A stretch of DNA of 64,000 nucleotides, from assembly GCA_965644295.1 (NCBI GenBank), contig CBFFRP010000295.1, positions 62,001-126,000 on the forward strand. Reading direction: 5' to 3'. This stretch comes from Paraphysomonas bandaiensis (lineage: Eukaryota; Protista; Chrysophyceae). Of this stretch, positions 11,001-21,851 are shown one piece after another (position 1 is the first letter of the stretch; the number at the start of each line of letters is the position of its first letter). The translations under genes were made by a program, and so were the position numbers. The notes beneath the pieces were generated by a model. That model was not told the DNA's origin. It did not search any database and saw only the letters and a list, made by a program, of their open reading frames with translations.

Positions 11001-12810
11001 GCACATATATTTCCCCTCCTCGAGCTGGACAATTTAAGTATACTGCTATATCGGCCGAGAAATTTGGACGAACGGAGTCCTCATCCTTTGTCCGAAAACT
11101 TACTCTGGTGATCTTCGCCCTGGCGCATACATCACATAGACACTGTTCTTTGGAAACACGTTTCGAGAGATGTTTTCGTTTCAGTCCAGTCCCAATAATT
11201 AGCATTCTTTTGTGGGCTTCTACCAACGCATGCTTGTTAAAATGACCCGCTCTCCTATGTAACAGCTCCAGTTCATCCTCACCCGTACGGTCACTGAGAT
11301 TTACTTCTGAATCACTGGATGTCGATACGTCTGGAAGCTCCAATAACTGCTGTGTTGGCACAGCAGTCATTCCATTCTTCATAGGTCCCTCCAACACCAG
11401 CTCATCCGTATTTCTGTCATATATCTGTATACCATACCATACAGTAAATCGATATCCCATATCGTTCAACTTCCGTCCAGAACAAAGACACCGATTTATC
11501 TGACTTGATACCTCAATGTTCTTCCATGCTCCACGGGAACCTACACTCGTGACGCATATCTCTGACCCTTTTTTCGAACCATTAATAACCTTTGATGTGT
11601 GCATATGACTATCAAGTATATTCACATCATTTATCAAAAACATTGATGACGAACAACAGGTATCAATGTATGTATAGTGAATATCCTCATGCACACTACT
11701 GCATATATTCGTCTCATACACATTACATGACAAATGATACTCTTCCTGTTGCTCGATCATATTTGCTTCGTCTTCGTCAGACAAATCCGCTGGCTCTCCA
11801 CGCCTGATGTTTTCAACTGTAAGTAGTCTTTTGTCTGGTTTCCTTCCATCTTGAAACCTCACAGCCTTGCTCTTGCTTTGCGAGTACTTCTTTTTCGATG
11901 CTGGACAATCGATGGCAAGATGTTCCTTTGACTTACAATTTCTGCACCCAGTATATTCGGCACTTCCAGGTCGCTGCCCTGTAATCTCTGTATCCTTCTT
12001 CATCGGCTTCTTCTTACCGTTGTTCTTCTTACGATGATCCCTCTCTCTGCGATATCGTTTCTTACTGTCTATCAGGTTCAGCTCCTCCACTCTTTTACGC
12101 TTCTTCTCCAACGCTTCCTTCCCAGCCATAGTATCATCATAGCCTTCTATCTTACGTGATACAGTTACATAATTAACATCATCATCCATCAAGTATAATC
12201 CAACTCTCAGTTGAGCATACTCTTCATTGAGCAAGCCTTCTCGTAGTCGACTTGTTTTTGATACCTCCGAGATATCCTGCTGCTGCTCCTGTAGTTCCTT
12301 CAGCAGTAGTTCGAACCGTAGTACGTAGTCCTTCGCCGTCTCCTCCGGACGCATACGGAAAGAACCATATTGAGTTAAGAGGTCACTGATCCTATTTTGC
12401 TTCCCTCCAGCAAAACACTTCTTCAACTCATCAATCATTACATGTGTTTTGAACCTGTTTACACCACTCCCTTCTGCCTTGAACGCTTTGTGGGTAAGAT
12501 GGAATTTACGCAGCGCTTTCGGGGAATGCTGCACCGCATCCCTGCAGTAAGAATAAGCTATGGCGTTCGCCTTCCAATACCTCTTCACAGCCTGTCTGTA
12601 CGCCTTCTCCTCCATCAACGTAAGTGGCTGCTCCCCGAAGTCGCTCTCCTTAGGTGGCAGTTCCACCGCTACCTCGCTTTGTTCCTTCCTCATAAGGAAT
12701 GTCTCGAAGTCCTCAATCCATTGTTCAACGTTAGTCTCGTTGAACTGAGGAACTACTCCTCTATCCTCCTTCTCTCCTCCTCGCTCGCTACCATGTTGGG
12801 AAATGCTCAT
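8098..12810 (-). CDS. Copia Gag-Pol polyprotein (1570 aa)
   Basis: Zn knuckle CRNCKSKEHLAIDC; protease-like YIDTCCS; integrase Zn site HRRAGH...CDVC; integrase SADI / HADGAGE / PEMNAIEER; RT KYKARLVA, KALYGLR, YVDD; RNase H SDSDWAGD, ESEY, KHIDIKYH, ADIFTK. Confidence 0.97.
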   Translation of the reverse strand: MSISQHGSERGGEKEDRGVVPQFNETNVEQWIEDFETFLMRKEQSEVAVELPPKESDFGEQPLTLMEEKAYRQAVKRYWKANAIAYSYCRDAVQHSPKALRKFHLTHKAFKAEGSGVNRFKTHVMIDELKKCFAGGKQNRISDLLTQYGSFRMRPEETAKDYVLRFELLLKELQEQQQDISEVSKTSRLREGLLNEEYAQLRVGLYLMDDDVNYVTVSRKIEGYDDTMAGKEALEKKRKRVEELNLIDSKKRYRRERDHRKKNNGKKKPMKKDTEITGQRPGSAEYTGCRNCKSKEHLAIDCPASKKKYSQSKSKAVRFQDGRKPDKRLLTVENIRRGEPADLSDEDEANMIEQQEEYHLSCNVYETNICSSVHEDIHYTYIDTCCSSSMFLINDVNILDSHMHTSKVINGSKKGSEICVTSVGSRGAWKNIEVSSQINRCLCSGRKLNDMGYRFTVWYGIQIYDRNTDELVLEGPMKNGMTAVPTQQLLELPDVSTSSDSEVNLSDRTGEDELELLHRRAGHFNKHALVEAHKRMLIIGTGLKRKHLSKRVSKEQCLCDVCARAKITRVSFRTKDEDSVRPNFSADIAVYLNCPARGGEIYVLKLTHHASRMFWSEGLVHRTGSSVLQVFKKIFEGDVKRYKLEMHHYHADGAGELICDELRQYLRSQGCYQHTWSSTDSPEMNAIEERKFRTCGEMTLAMLIQSGLPSQFWLDAYMAARYILIRLPTKTAKGYMSPLEFLTGEAPNLKYLRVWGCRAYVLTTKADRRKDWDDKALIGYLIGYSDEKVGYDVYLPATDRVVTSVHVLTDESIPSRSESYFAEIDALRVKEAERPKIVSDYAGLEGTYHIDDEDGLLYKTTRVVERKGVIVAYRSLVTAGRKHIEHRVPIHVEDVVRMTAETPGNTGYIGKGDALSTMPARVLDQGRPGGLQESPDPTCQETAVRLQTSEDYESGVVSGAPPTTHDVRAQDEQGTGSYIPRRPIELDGDGRVRRKRLQRRLANASVLGEINMVEVPDAHNIDLNHAETEDIKIPNSYAEAERSPQYQQWRKARMVEKTSLLKRRVLKIVKIPSGVKLVRAKYVHTVKRDILGNIVKYKARLVALGNLQEKKEEEPSTFAPVVKGITIRLVLAIAFMLQMHVHQLDVSSAFCYADLEDDVYMAPPPDEELLAGWCFQLIKALYGLRSSPRQWNKHIDKFIKSLHFTPCILDTCLYMRWSNGKLHLLLIYVDDIIIASADLTYLESVKRRFCETFEMHDLGVCKRFLNIRITRGENWYMLDQSEYAKNIIKKFSSVMGKSSKNKEAPLPTNVQDLLAEERELTEEQKQWVDSFPYRQIIGAVLYLAMHTRPDLAYAVGLLSRFSSCPTYASCKLAIHLLKYLRGTIDEGIRFSGSEFDLHVFSDSDWAGDRLTRRSTTGYIVFLCAGALAWQSKLQTTVATSSMESEYMAEYAAMQELVWLRGVFKELGLLVAKPTPFFMDSKSAKDLSENPVYHKRSKHIDIKYHWVREHVNGKFPTAKLIHVSTDDMAADIFTKALSTKLFSRHEKTITGVKRSVSTRVEEQQKKRPRRG
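12782..12793 (-). other. Primer binding site, probably for initiator tRNA-Met
   Basis: Minus strand TGGTAGCGAGCG begins immediately after the LTR CA. It implies a tRNA ending ...GCUCGCU-A-CCA (U72, A73), as in eukaryotic tRNAiMet. Confidence 0.7.
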
Positions 12811-13086
12811 TTTACTTAGATCAAAGAGAGATTAAGTTGTTAGACTAGATAGATTTATTAATATCGTTTACACAAATTGTGTTAAACAACACAAGCTCGT
12901 TTTGTGCCATGCATAAATCACTACTTCTGTAGACCTTTCGCTACTAAACATATCTTGAAAGAGCAAACTATTTCAGTTTTCTCAATATCATAACAGCATC
13001 TACACATCACCATACTTCACTGTATTCTCGTACATTGTCTTCAAGTACCACATTGAATATACTAGGATACAGTCCATATTCTAATA
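12794..13086 (-). repeat. 5' LTR of the copia element
   Basis: Direct repeat of 7631-7923, followed by the PBS. Confidence 0.96.
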
Positions 13087-13617
13087 GAATCTATATGCGA
13101 AATACGTGGAAATATAACGACGTGAAATTTCTTAAAAGTACTTTAAAAGACCATGATATGTGTACATATACGTATGTGAACTGTATTCCATGCGGTACAC
13201 CGTACACTGCTGCTTGTAGTGTAGTGCACGCATGTGGGACGTAAAATTTGTACAGGTGACGAAGAGAAAGCTAGTTGCTTCGTTTAACAGGCCTTATGCA
13301 CTCGTCCTATGTAACGGCTCCAATATACCAACCTGGATATAATTTAAAGTCCAGAGTTGTAGCTAAAGTAGATTAGTTTATTGGTATCAGCATAATAATT
13401 AACACTTTAAACTTTTAGTAGCACTGCTAGAACAGATATACTCAGCGTGTTGACGAGTAAAGCATACGCCACTTTCACCTCCTAATAGCCCAAATAAATA
13501 ATCAATATTTCAATCAATGAAGCTCCCACATAATAGCAGTTCATAAAGTCGAAACGTTACAGAAGTTCCAACTATATTACCACATCGCAATCTATATTAT
13601 ACTTCCACAACAGTTGC

Positions 13618-14740
13618 CTAGAAAGTCTCGGTGTCCTCAAGATCAATATCCACAACGTCGTCGTCATCATGTTCACTGCCATCTGCCTTCTTCTCAGACC
13701 CTAACCCAAAGATACAGTGTCAGACATGCAGTACATCTCAGAGTTACATACATATCCCATGCTATTTACCTGATTTCAATCCCTGATGCTCATCAGCCTC
13801 GTGCGCAACTGCAGCACTTGCAGCCAAGACACTGTCACTAGAAGATCCAACTGGTGGACCTTTAATAAGTGTGTCCCTGAAGGAGTATAAAGAGAACGAC
13901 CACATACTCATTACGAGCAGCGAAAAAAGGGCGAATGATCCCATCGCCTTGTCTGTGTCTTTGACATCTGTATTCCGTGACAGAGAGATTAAATATTTCA
14001 AAGTATGCAAAGAGTACTGATTTACTGTATTGCATATGTTACGTACCATGACCCTTCGAGCTAGCATGTTCAGAAAAGACAAAGAACACGATCATAAGAA
14101 CGAAAAAAAGTTGAGCCAACATTGCAGAAGCACCGATCAACAAGCCCACGGTGTGCGGTGTTGCGTTACCATGGAACACAACCTTTGCTGATCCACACAT
14201 GACAATAACGAGCAGCGCTGAGGACCATAAAGCAGAGAAGCCAATAGCTTTTACACCGTCATCAGATTTTTGATTATCATCCGCAACAAGTATAGCCACC
14301 AGCACATAAATAATCGAGAAAAACTGCACATAATAATGCAACATTAGTAAAACTCAACGAGTGTAACGAGTAGTCGGCATGTTAAACAATTTCTCATTAT
14401 AACTACTACTAATAGTGTCACGTGTAATATAACATGAAATAACACTCAGGTCAGTATATATACACACACATATATATACACATATATATATACACACATA
14501 TATACATAGAAAGGTGCATATATATACATGTATATAATACGCTGTATCTTACCAGACAAAGAAACCACAGCCGCTTCAGCCAAACAGATGGTTCAATTTT
14601 ACGTAAATCTACAAGTGATTGTCCCTATATATACATAGTCATATATATGATACATACTATGCATCAGTGTGCTCTTATATAGGCATGTATGGGGTATGTT
14701 TCACCTCATTCTGTTCATCGAGTTCCTTGTGTTGCATCAT
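13618..14740 (-). CDS. Small multi-pass membrane protein of unknown function (about 5 exons)
   Basis: Spliceable exons MMQHKELDEQNE | GQSLVDLRKIEPSVWLKRLWFLCL | FFSIIYVLVAIL...LFFVLMIVFFVF | ...AMGSFALFSLLVM... | ...EKKADGSEHDDDDVVDIDLEDTETF*; about 4 hydrophobic helices. Confidence 0.7.
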
Positions 14741-15118
14741 TATCAATGGTGAAATATATCCTGCTATGTGTGGTATAATATTGCAGGTATAAGTTAAGAA
14801 TATAATGTATGAGATTTATCGTATTGAAGAGGCAGTAGGAACATTACACTGTATATGCATACTGTGTACATACATACATACATGCTTACCCAGGTACATA
14901 CAAGTACAGTATATGCATACATACAGAATATCTGTATACATAAACTGTCCATATGGTTCCAGAATAGAAACACCTGATTTATATGGTTTGAGGATGAACA
15001 ATATTCTAGAATTGTCAATAAAAATTATAATTTATGCGATTTTTATAACGTAAATCTCCTATAGATTAAGTTTTTGTTAGTATGGGTAGACAGACGGATG
15101 CATGTACAGTGTTTGTAT

Positions 15119-15209
15119 AATTGAGACAATAATTATCTGTATTCTAGCCGTAGTTGTATTGCAGTAATATAGAGAATATTCGTTTCACTTTTTTTCCGAA
15201 AAATACATG
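15119..15209 (-). repeat. Dispersed repeat module, copy B (truncated, inverted)
   Basis: Reverse complement matches 1180-1258. Confidence 0.8.
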
Positions 15210-15230
15210 TAGAAACCTACCTACAGCAGT

Positions 15231-15494
15231 ACATCTTATTTTTCGGGAATAAATTGAAGCAGCAATAGTCTATAAAACTTCAGTATAACTACTGATGGAA
15301 TACAGATAATTGTTGTCTCAATATTAGAGGCATCTTGGAACAAAAATATATAAGGGACGTATTAGCATCCTTTGTATATTTTTGTTCAAAGATGCCTCTA
15401 ATATTGAGTCAACAATTATCTGTATTCCAGCCGTAGTTGTATCATAGTTATATAAAGTATTTTTGCTTCAATATATTCCCGAAAAATTAGATGC
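15231..15494. repeat. ~260-bp imperfect palindrome formed by two inverted copies (C, D) of the same module
   Basis: GGAATACAGATAATTGTTGTCTCAATATTAGAGGCATCTTGGAACAAAAATATA pairs with TATATTTTTGTTCAAAGATGCCTCTAATATTGAGTCAACAATTATCTGTATTCC, centred near 15360. Confidence 0.88.
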
Positions 15495-15639
15495 ATACGG
15501 ATACTACCTACCTACCTACCTACCTACCTACAGTACATACATACATACATGCCCTAGGACTAGTGCTTCATATGTGATATCATTGTACTATATTAAGATA
15601 CTCTTCTCCAACCCGCACAGGACAACATTAAGATCAAAG

Positions 15640-16566
15640 ATGAGTGCTGTTACAGAGGTATATGACTTATACCCATATCATAACAAACAATCTAACTCAT
15701 ATATATATCATCTTATATTACAGGCAAGCAAATGGTCAGATACAGCTAGATATTACCGTATATTAAACGAGAAGCTTCCAATTGTATATCATTTTAATTA
15801 TATTGCAAGTGAATTACTTATACAAGAAAACATTCTTACAGTCAATAATAGATACATATTTCTAGATGTATGTGCAGGACCTGCTACATATACACTTGCT
15901 GTGATGAAGCATTTATCTTCTGAACAATTACATTCTATTGATTTCATTGTATCTGATTTTTCTCAAGGTATGGTGGATGAAGCAAAGAAAGCTGTTGAAG
16001 AATATCATCCTGGAAATATAAATATAAACTTTCAACTGATAGATGTGCAAAATATACCACTACCCGATTCTTCTGTTGATATTGTTGGACATATGTTTGG
16101 GTATTTTGTACCTGATAGAAAAAAAGCATTCACTGAAGTGTGTCGTGTGTGCAAACCTGGCGGAAGAGCTGTTATAGGCGTGTGGAAATACGCATGCATG
16201 GCTCCACTTCTCAATGACTTTTTGGTACATCTTGGCAAGGAGCCAAATGCCAATGCAATTGCGGTGGCACACTCTTGTGCGGATGGTGATGCATTGCGAA
16301 TTGAGTTGCTAGGATATGGGTATAGTAACGTAACTGTTCATGAGAGTGAGCGTATCTTCGAACTGGGTTTTGATGACCATGACGTGTTGATGGGGCTTTT
16401 CACCAACCCAATGATTATTCATGAGTTAGATGGCTTGGATCCAAACTATTTATTCGAGGAGTGGAGCAAATTTATGCACTCACCAGATCAGAAATTTCCC
16501 GTTGATTTGGAGAAAAAAATACTTTTTGTAAAGTATATTGCTAACATTGTGATTTGCATGAAATAA
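15640..16566 (+). CDS. Class I SAM-dependent methyltransferase (UbiE/Methyltransf_25-like)
   Basis: FLDVCAGPA, IVSDFSQGMV, IDVQNIPLPDSSVDIV, VCRVCKPGGRAVI. Probable in-frame 66-nt intron at 15658-15723. Confidence 0.85.
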   Translation: MSAVTEVYDLYPYHNKQSNSYIYHLILQASKWSDTARYYRILNEKLPIVYHFNYIASELLIQENILTVNNRYIFLDVCAGPATYTLAVMKHLSSEQLHSIDFIVSDFSQGMVDEAKKAVEEYHPGNININFQLIDVQNIPLPDSSVDIVGHMFGYFVPDRKKAFTEVCRVCKPGGRAVIGVWKYACMAPLLNDFLVHLGKEPNANAIAVAHSCADGDALRIELLGYGYSNVTVHESERIFELGFDDHDVLMGLFTNPMIIHELDGLDPNYLFEEWSKFMHSPDQKFPVDLEKKILFVKYIANIVICMK

Positions 16567-16923
16567 GCCATATTCTAGTACACGTGGTACTATAGTAGCA
16601 TCTTGTTTGTTGTGGTGGAGCATTTTCCACCACACAGATGTTCTGAACCTCTGCATACCTATTGCATTAAGTATTCATAATATATATATTTATTATTTAA
16701 TAAAACCATCATTTACATAATAACGTAACATTTAAAAATATTATTGAGAAATCAATTTGTTAGTATTAGTTACTGAGGAAACCACCACGCTTATCACTCC
16801 TGTCCTCCTTGGATGAAATGATAAAGAATATTTGGGTCATAACCGATTTGTAATTACCAAAATGATAGTTTCTTTAGGGCGTAGTGTATTGTCACCACGA
16901 AATAAGTAATAAGTGTTGTATAT

Positions 16924-17712
16924 CAGGGATAGGGAACAATATACTGCAATACTATTGTTAGATAGCGTTCCATCAATAGTATTGATGGATTTTTTAAACC
17001 GGTCCTACAATACAATTAAATATATTGCAATATATTGTCAATGTATTGCAATATATTAGTATGACTAATCAGTAGGTAAACACATACGTAGACTTCATTT
17101 TTAGTGTTAGTCATTAAGATCACATGATAACCAAATCAACTGCTGCTTATAGCTACTAAAAATCCACCTCGTCTTCATCCTCTGAGCCATCATCGGTGAC
17201 GTCAACATCACCATATTCATCCACAGAATTAATTGAAATATGCTAGTATCCGGCCATAACTGTCGAATAGCTTTCAGAAACAACAGCATATTAAGTAGGA
17301 AGGATTCTTTTGCGCAACACTGATATAATATGTTTAACTGTGCTGAACAGACGTTCCCATGTATTGGAAGTTCCCATACCAGGGCCAGGCAACCGTGGAT
17401 CTGTACTTTTCTTAATTTTTTGAGCTGACTGAAGGTTTTTAATCGCATAGTCAACATCAGCTTCATTATCCTTTGTAATGTTGTAATCAATTTCTCGGTT
17501 ATTTATATCCATTTTGCACCCTACAGTTGAGAATCTTCTCTTATATGACTATCATAATATTGATTGCAATATATTGCAATAGTATTGTGAGCTCTTTTAA
17601 CAGAAACACTATTGCTGGAATATTTGACCAGTACACCAATCAATGTATTTTACAATATATTGCAATATATTGTACAATGTATTGCAATACAATATATTGT
17701 TCCCGATCCCTG
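16924..17712 (-). mobile_element. Non-autonomous hAT element (internal deletion derivative)
   Basis: TIR CAGGGAT[A/C]GGGAACAATATA; perfect 8-bp TSD TTGTATAT at 16916-16923 and 17713-17720; subterminal ATATTGCAATAT motifs. A remnant hAT dimerisation domain reads TSNTWERLFSTVKHIISVLRKRILP, then frameshifts to LLFLKAIRQLW. Confidence 0.92.
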
Positions 17713-18336
17713 TTGTATATCGCTTGCTACTTCATTTGTTTGAGCTACTCGGGAAGTATCTACATAATACTGCAATATTCTTGGAAGCAGTTTTCATCTT
17801 TCTAAAATAGAGAGGGATACGATAAAGATATCGAGATGTAGTAGTCTAGGTGTCCAGGTGCTATGCACTGCTAAGAATTGCTGAATAAAATCCATCCTAA
17901 TATTCTTCTTTTCTTATTATTAGAAGAAGAAGTGAACAAAGCGGTAGTACCAGTGATATGAAAAAAGTGTGGTGGTTGCTTGTATTCTCTTTTCTAGTTA
18001 GCTCCAGTCATCGACTTCATGAAGGAAACCACTAACTAAAAGTCCTTATGGTCTATAGCATATACCTGCAGTTGAAATGACAAATAAATTATCGCACTAT
18101 GCACCAAGCATATATCAGATATATAGCTACGACACCTACTAGCTACCATACATACAAAACTCTATAAAACAAGCTAGAGATACATCAAACATGCCATTAT
18201 GGATTATGTCCTTATCGTGATTACGTGTCAATACTAGAGTTACTTTACCCTGTCAATGGATTGATAGGAGACTCATGAGACTCATACTACACTATATGAA
18301 TATATACATAAGACACCTTCAAGGACGATAACACAC

Positions 18337-18696
18337 ACATACATACATACATACATACATACATACATACATACATACATACATACATACATACATACAT
18401 ACATACATACATACATACATACATACATACATACATACATACATACATACATACATACATACATACATACATACATACATACATACATACATACATACAT
18501 ACATACATACATACATACATACATACATACATACATACATACATACATACATACATACATACATACATACATACATACATACATACATACATACATACAT
18601 ACATACATACATACATACATACATACATACATACATACATACATACATACATACATACATACATACATACATACATACATACATACATACATACAT
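18337..18696. repeat. (ACAT)n microsatellite, ~90 units
   Basis: Directly visible, uninterrupted. Confidence 0.98.
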
Positions 18697-18966
18697 GGTG
18701 CGGGTGTTTCTTGTAGCCTCTACTTATATATATATCGATGATCACCCACATCACACTCATCCAACAGACTCTATCTCTAATTAGGGTAATGTGAGTCTTA
18801 CTGATGTATTAATTCATTCATTTATCATCGTATTTATATAGAAAAAGGTGGATTTATGAATTAATTTCAATATACATACATACATATACATATACATACA
18901 TATCTGTATTAAGAGATCCATTGAAGAGCTTGTTATTGTTATTATTATTATTGTTATATTGTTAGA

Positions 18967-21851
18967 ATGACATACCGACCCCCTAAAAAACCAGCATTAG
19001 CACTTGAAGCTGATCTTGTGCAGGTGGATCGTTAAGAAGCTTACTTGTTGTATAGTTATGTATGTATGTGTCTGTCTATAGGATAACATGCCCGCTGAAG
19101 TATATCCTAAAATATATATCGGATCTATTCATGCGGCTTTTAATCAAGAGGCTCTTATGGAAAGGGGCATAACGCATGTATGTATATCATATTATTGTTG
19201 TGTATAACAGCTCATATATATGTTAACAGATACTGAATGCTTCCAGATTGCCGTCAACATTCCCTAAAAATTTTACTTATCTATCGATTGATATTCGGGA
19301 TAAGTAATGTTGTTTTGTAATTTATTTCTATTCTAATTGGATTACAGAGATGAGGCGAATATACTTGCGTGCATTCCGGCGTCCAATATATTTATAGAAG
19401 CTGTAAGTATGCATTTCTTTAATTTGCTTTTGACAGGATTGCTGGAAATGATGCGCTAATATATATGTTCTTATCTTACACTTTATATAATGCAGGGGGT
19501 GGATAGTGGTGGGGTTCTGGTTCATTGTTACGGTGGCCGCTCTAGATCTGCTGCGCTAGTTACTGCTTTCTTGATGTCGTCCTTGAACTGGAGCTATGCA
19601 AAGTGTCTGGCTTGCATTCAAACTTCCCGCCCCATGGCATGTATTAATCCAGGCTTTGAGGCGCAGCTGAAGGCTTATTACCATGCGAGCTGTGATGTCT
19701 ACATTGCACAACAGGTACTGAACGAACTTGGGGCAGTATGTGCTTTCGGTAATGTATATCTACTCCAATGCAGGTGCTACTGCAAGGTCGTGTGCGTGCT
19801 CTCCAAAGTTATCGGGCCATAAAAGGCTCTACAGAAGTTGACTTAGCTGTGAAGGCCTCAGAGAGGAAAAAGTTTGGTTCGGCACATGTGGCTGGCGGAA
19901 GTAGGGTGCGGGGTGCTGTTGCGGACAGGAGTCAGCCCGGCAGCAAACGCTCCTGGGGTCATGCCAAGGAAGTGGCTGAAGACGAAGAAGAGGACATGGA
20001 AGATTGCGAAGAAGAAATTGAATTGAATCAAAATACCCAATCAGCGGCAAAGGTGGATGGAGACCACACTATAAACACCAGCACTGGAAGCGACTCTCCT
20101 AAATCTAAACTGCGAAAAGCTATACCGCTAATGGATCCGAAGAATCCACGATTGCGGCTATCCAGACCAGGTAGTGATATACATCATGATGTGATTTTAA
20201 AGATGCGATGATATCGATTGCTGGATGTTTCGTGAGCATGTATGATATTGTGGGCATTATTTCTATGCTGCCATTGCTGACTGGATGTTGTGTATGTATG
20301 GACTTTCACGTATCGTATTCATGTTTGCTGCTGTACTAGGGAGCACGGCTGTGCGTGTAATCCCGCCTTTGCGTGGACTTGAGAGGTCATTCTGCTGCTC
20401 ATGGTGTCAGACAAGCCTTTTCAATTTGGCGAGTGTTATACGTACAGATTTGGACGTGCTACCATTAAGTGATGTTCTAGACTTGGCATCGGCAGATAAA
20501 TCTGGGGGGTCTGGGGGGGGGTCACAAGCAAGCAAGCCCCATGATAGCAATGGTGATGTCGCCGAAAAAGATGCATTGTCATTCCTGATGCCTGCACCAT
20601 CTCCTCGAGGTTTAATTCGACCTCAACGCACTTTTCCAGACGATTCCAAGAGCGCTTCATACGATCCCACGCCATACCGCGCACAACCACAGACAACCCG
20701 TGCCGGTGGTGCGAAGTCATTTGATTTTGACACTCCGGTGCTTCGCACTTCGAGTTGTGGGGAGAATAGTAGCGTGAAGCGTACAGCAGAGGATGTACGG
20801 CGAAAAATGGGAAAACATGACTCCAAATTTGTTAACGAGGATTCGAATAGTGTCAACAGCGGAAGAGGTGACAGCCCTATGGAGATTTCTGAGTCCAAGG
20901 ATGACAGAAGTGTGTATGAAAGAAGACAGAGCGGTGGACACCTTGCGGTTGACAGCAAATTCGCTAACGACCATAGTGGTGAGTGTACCTTGACTAGTCC
21001 ATGGGGAAGTGGGAGCAGCACAACCACTGACTCTAGCCAGAATGACTACTCACCTGTTCTCCACTCGCATCCTCCTATTCACCCAAATACACCGACGCGC
21101 TCGGTATCGTCCCAAATGTCTCCCTCGGAGAGCCCGCGTATTCCATTACCTCCTCGAGGAGCCAGGGAGTCTTTTGCCTATCCATCTCCCCGTAATCGCC
21201 CTCCGTCGGCGGAAAAGCGGAGGTGGCTGGAGCGGGTACATCTTCTCAATTCATCGTCCCCTAGTGATCGCATGGAGCACACAGCACACCCTAGAGGACA
21301 CGAGAAAGTTGCTAAGATGTCGCTTGATGACGATGAAGCTATTAAATTGGGTTTCGGGCAGGATAAGTATATATACCTTGAGTTCTTGGAGTGGATGGGA
21401 GAAGATCTACTTTCTCCGGACATCGATTCGGGTGAGCTTAAATGTGGGCATTGCAGGCGTGTTATTGGGGCCTGGACTTGGAATCCATCATCTAGGTAGG
21501 TAGATTCATTTTGTCAGGACTAGTATTGTGTGGACCTCTGTAGAATTTTTAGTTACCCGTGTTACGGATAACTTGGATAACAGTGTGCGCTAACATAGTC
21601 TTTTTTTCCATTTGAATAGACATACTATGAGTGGAAGATTGCAGGTCCCTATTATACGAGTACATAAAAATGTGGTCCACGAGGTACAATCCATACCTGT
21701 CACTTTGATAATTGTACACAATCATCACCGATTTCTCTTACTTTGTAGTTAGTTTGTTCATAATGCTCTGTTGTAGGTGGACATTCCGTTAGATCCAACG
21801 CCTATAGGTACCCCAAGAGTAGAGGAGCACATGGATGAAAGTTCTTCATAA
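18967..21851 (+). CDS. Dual-specificity phosphatase, DUSP12/YVH1-like, with a split C-terminal Zn-binding region
   Basis: Spliced exons give IYIGSIHAA..GITH|ILNAS, DIRD and VLVHCYGGRSRSAALVTAFLM...INPGFEAQL. C-terminal CCSWCQTSL ... YLEFLEWM ... GELKCGHCRRVIGAWTW. Confidence 0.85.

Larger units (their letters stand above)
7631..13086 (-). mobile_element. Full-length Ty1/copia LTR retrotransposon (5456 bp), apparently very recent
   Basis: Two 293-bp LTRs, identical by eye. 5-bp TSD GAATC at 7626-7630 and 13087-13091. PBS, PPT and a single uninterrupted gag-pol ORF in PR-IN-RT-RH order. Confidence 0.97.

Noticed and set aside
18282-18760. ORFs of MYVC/HTYI repeats (also at 34723-35263 and 42919-43820)
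   Set aside because: They are translations of (ACAT)n microsatellites, which contain no stop codons in any frame.
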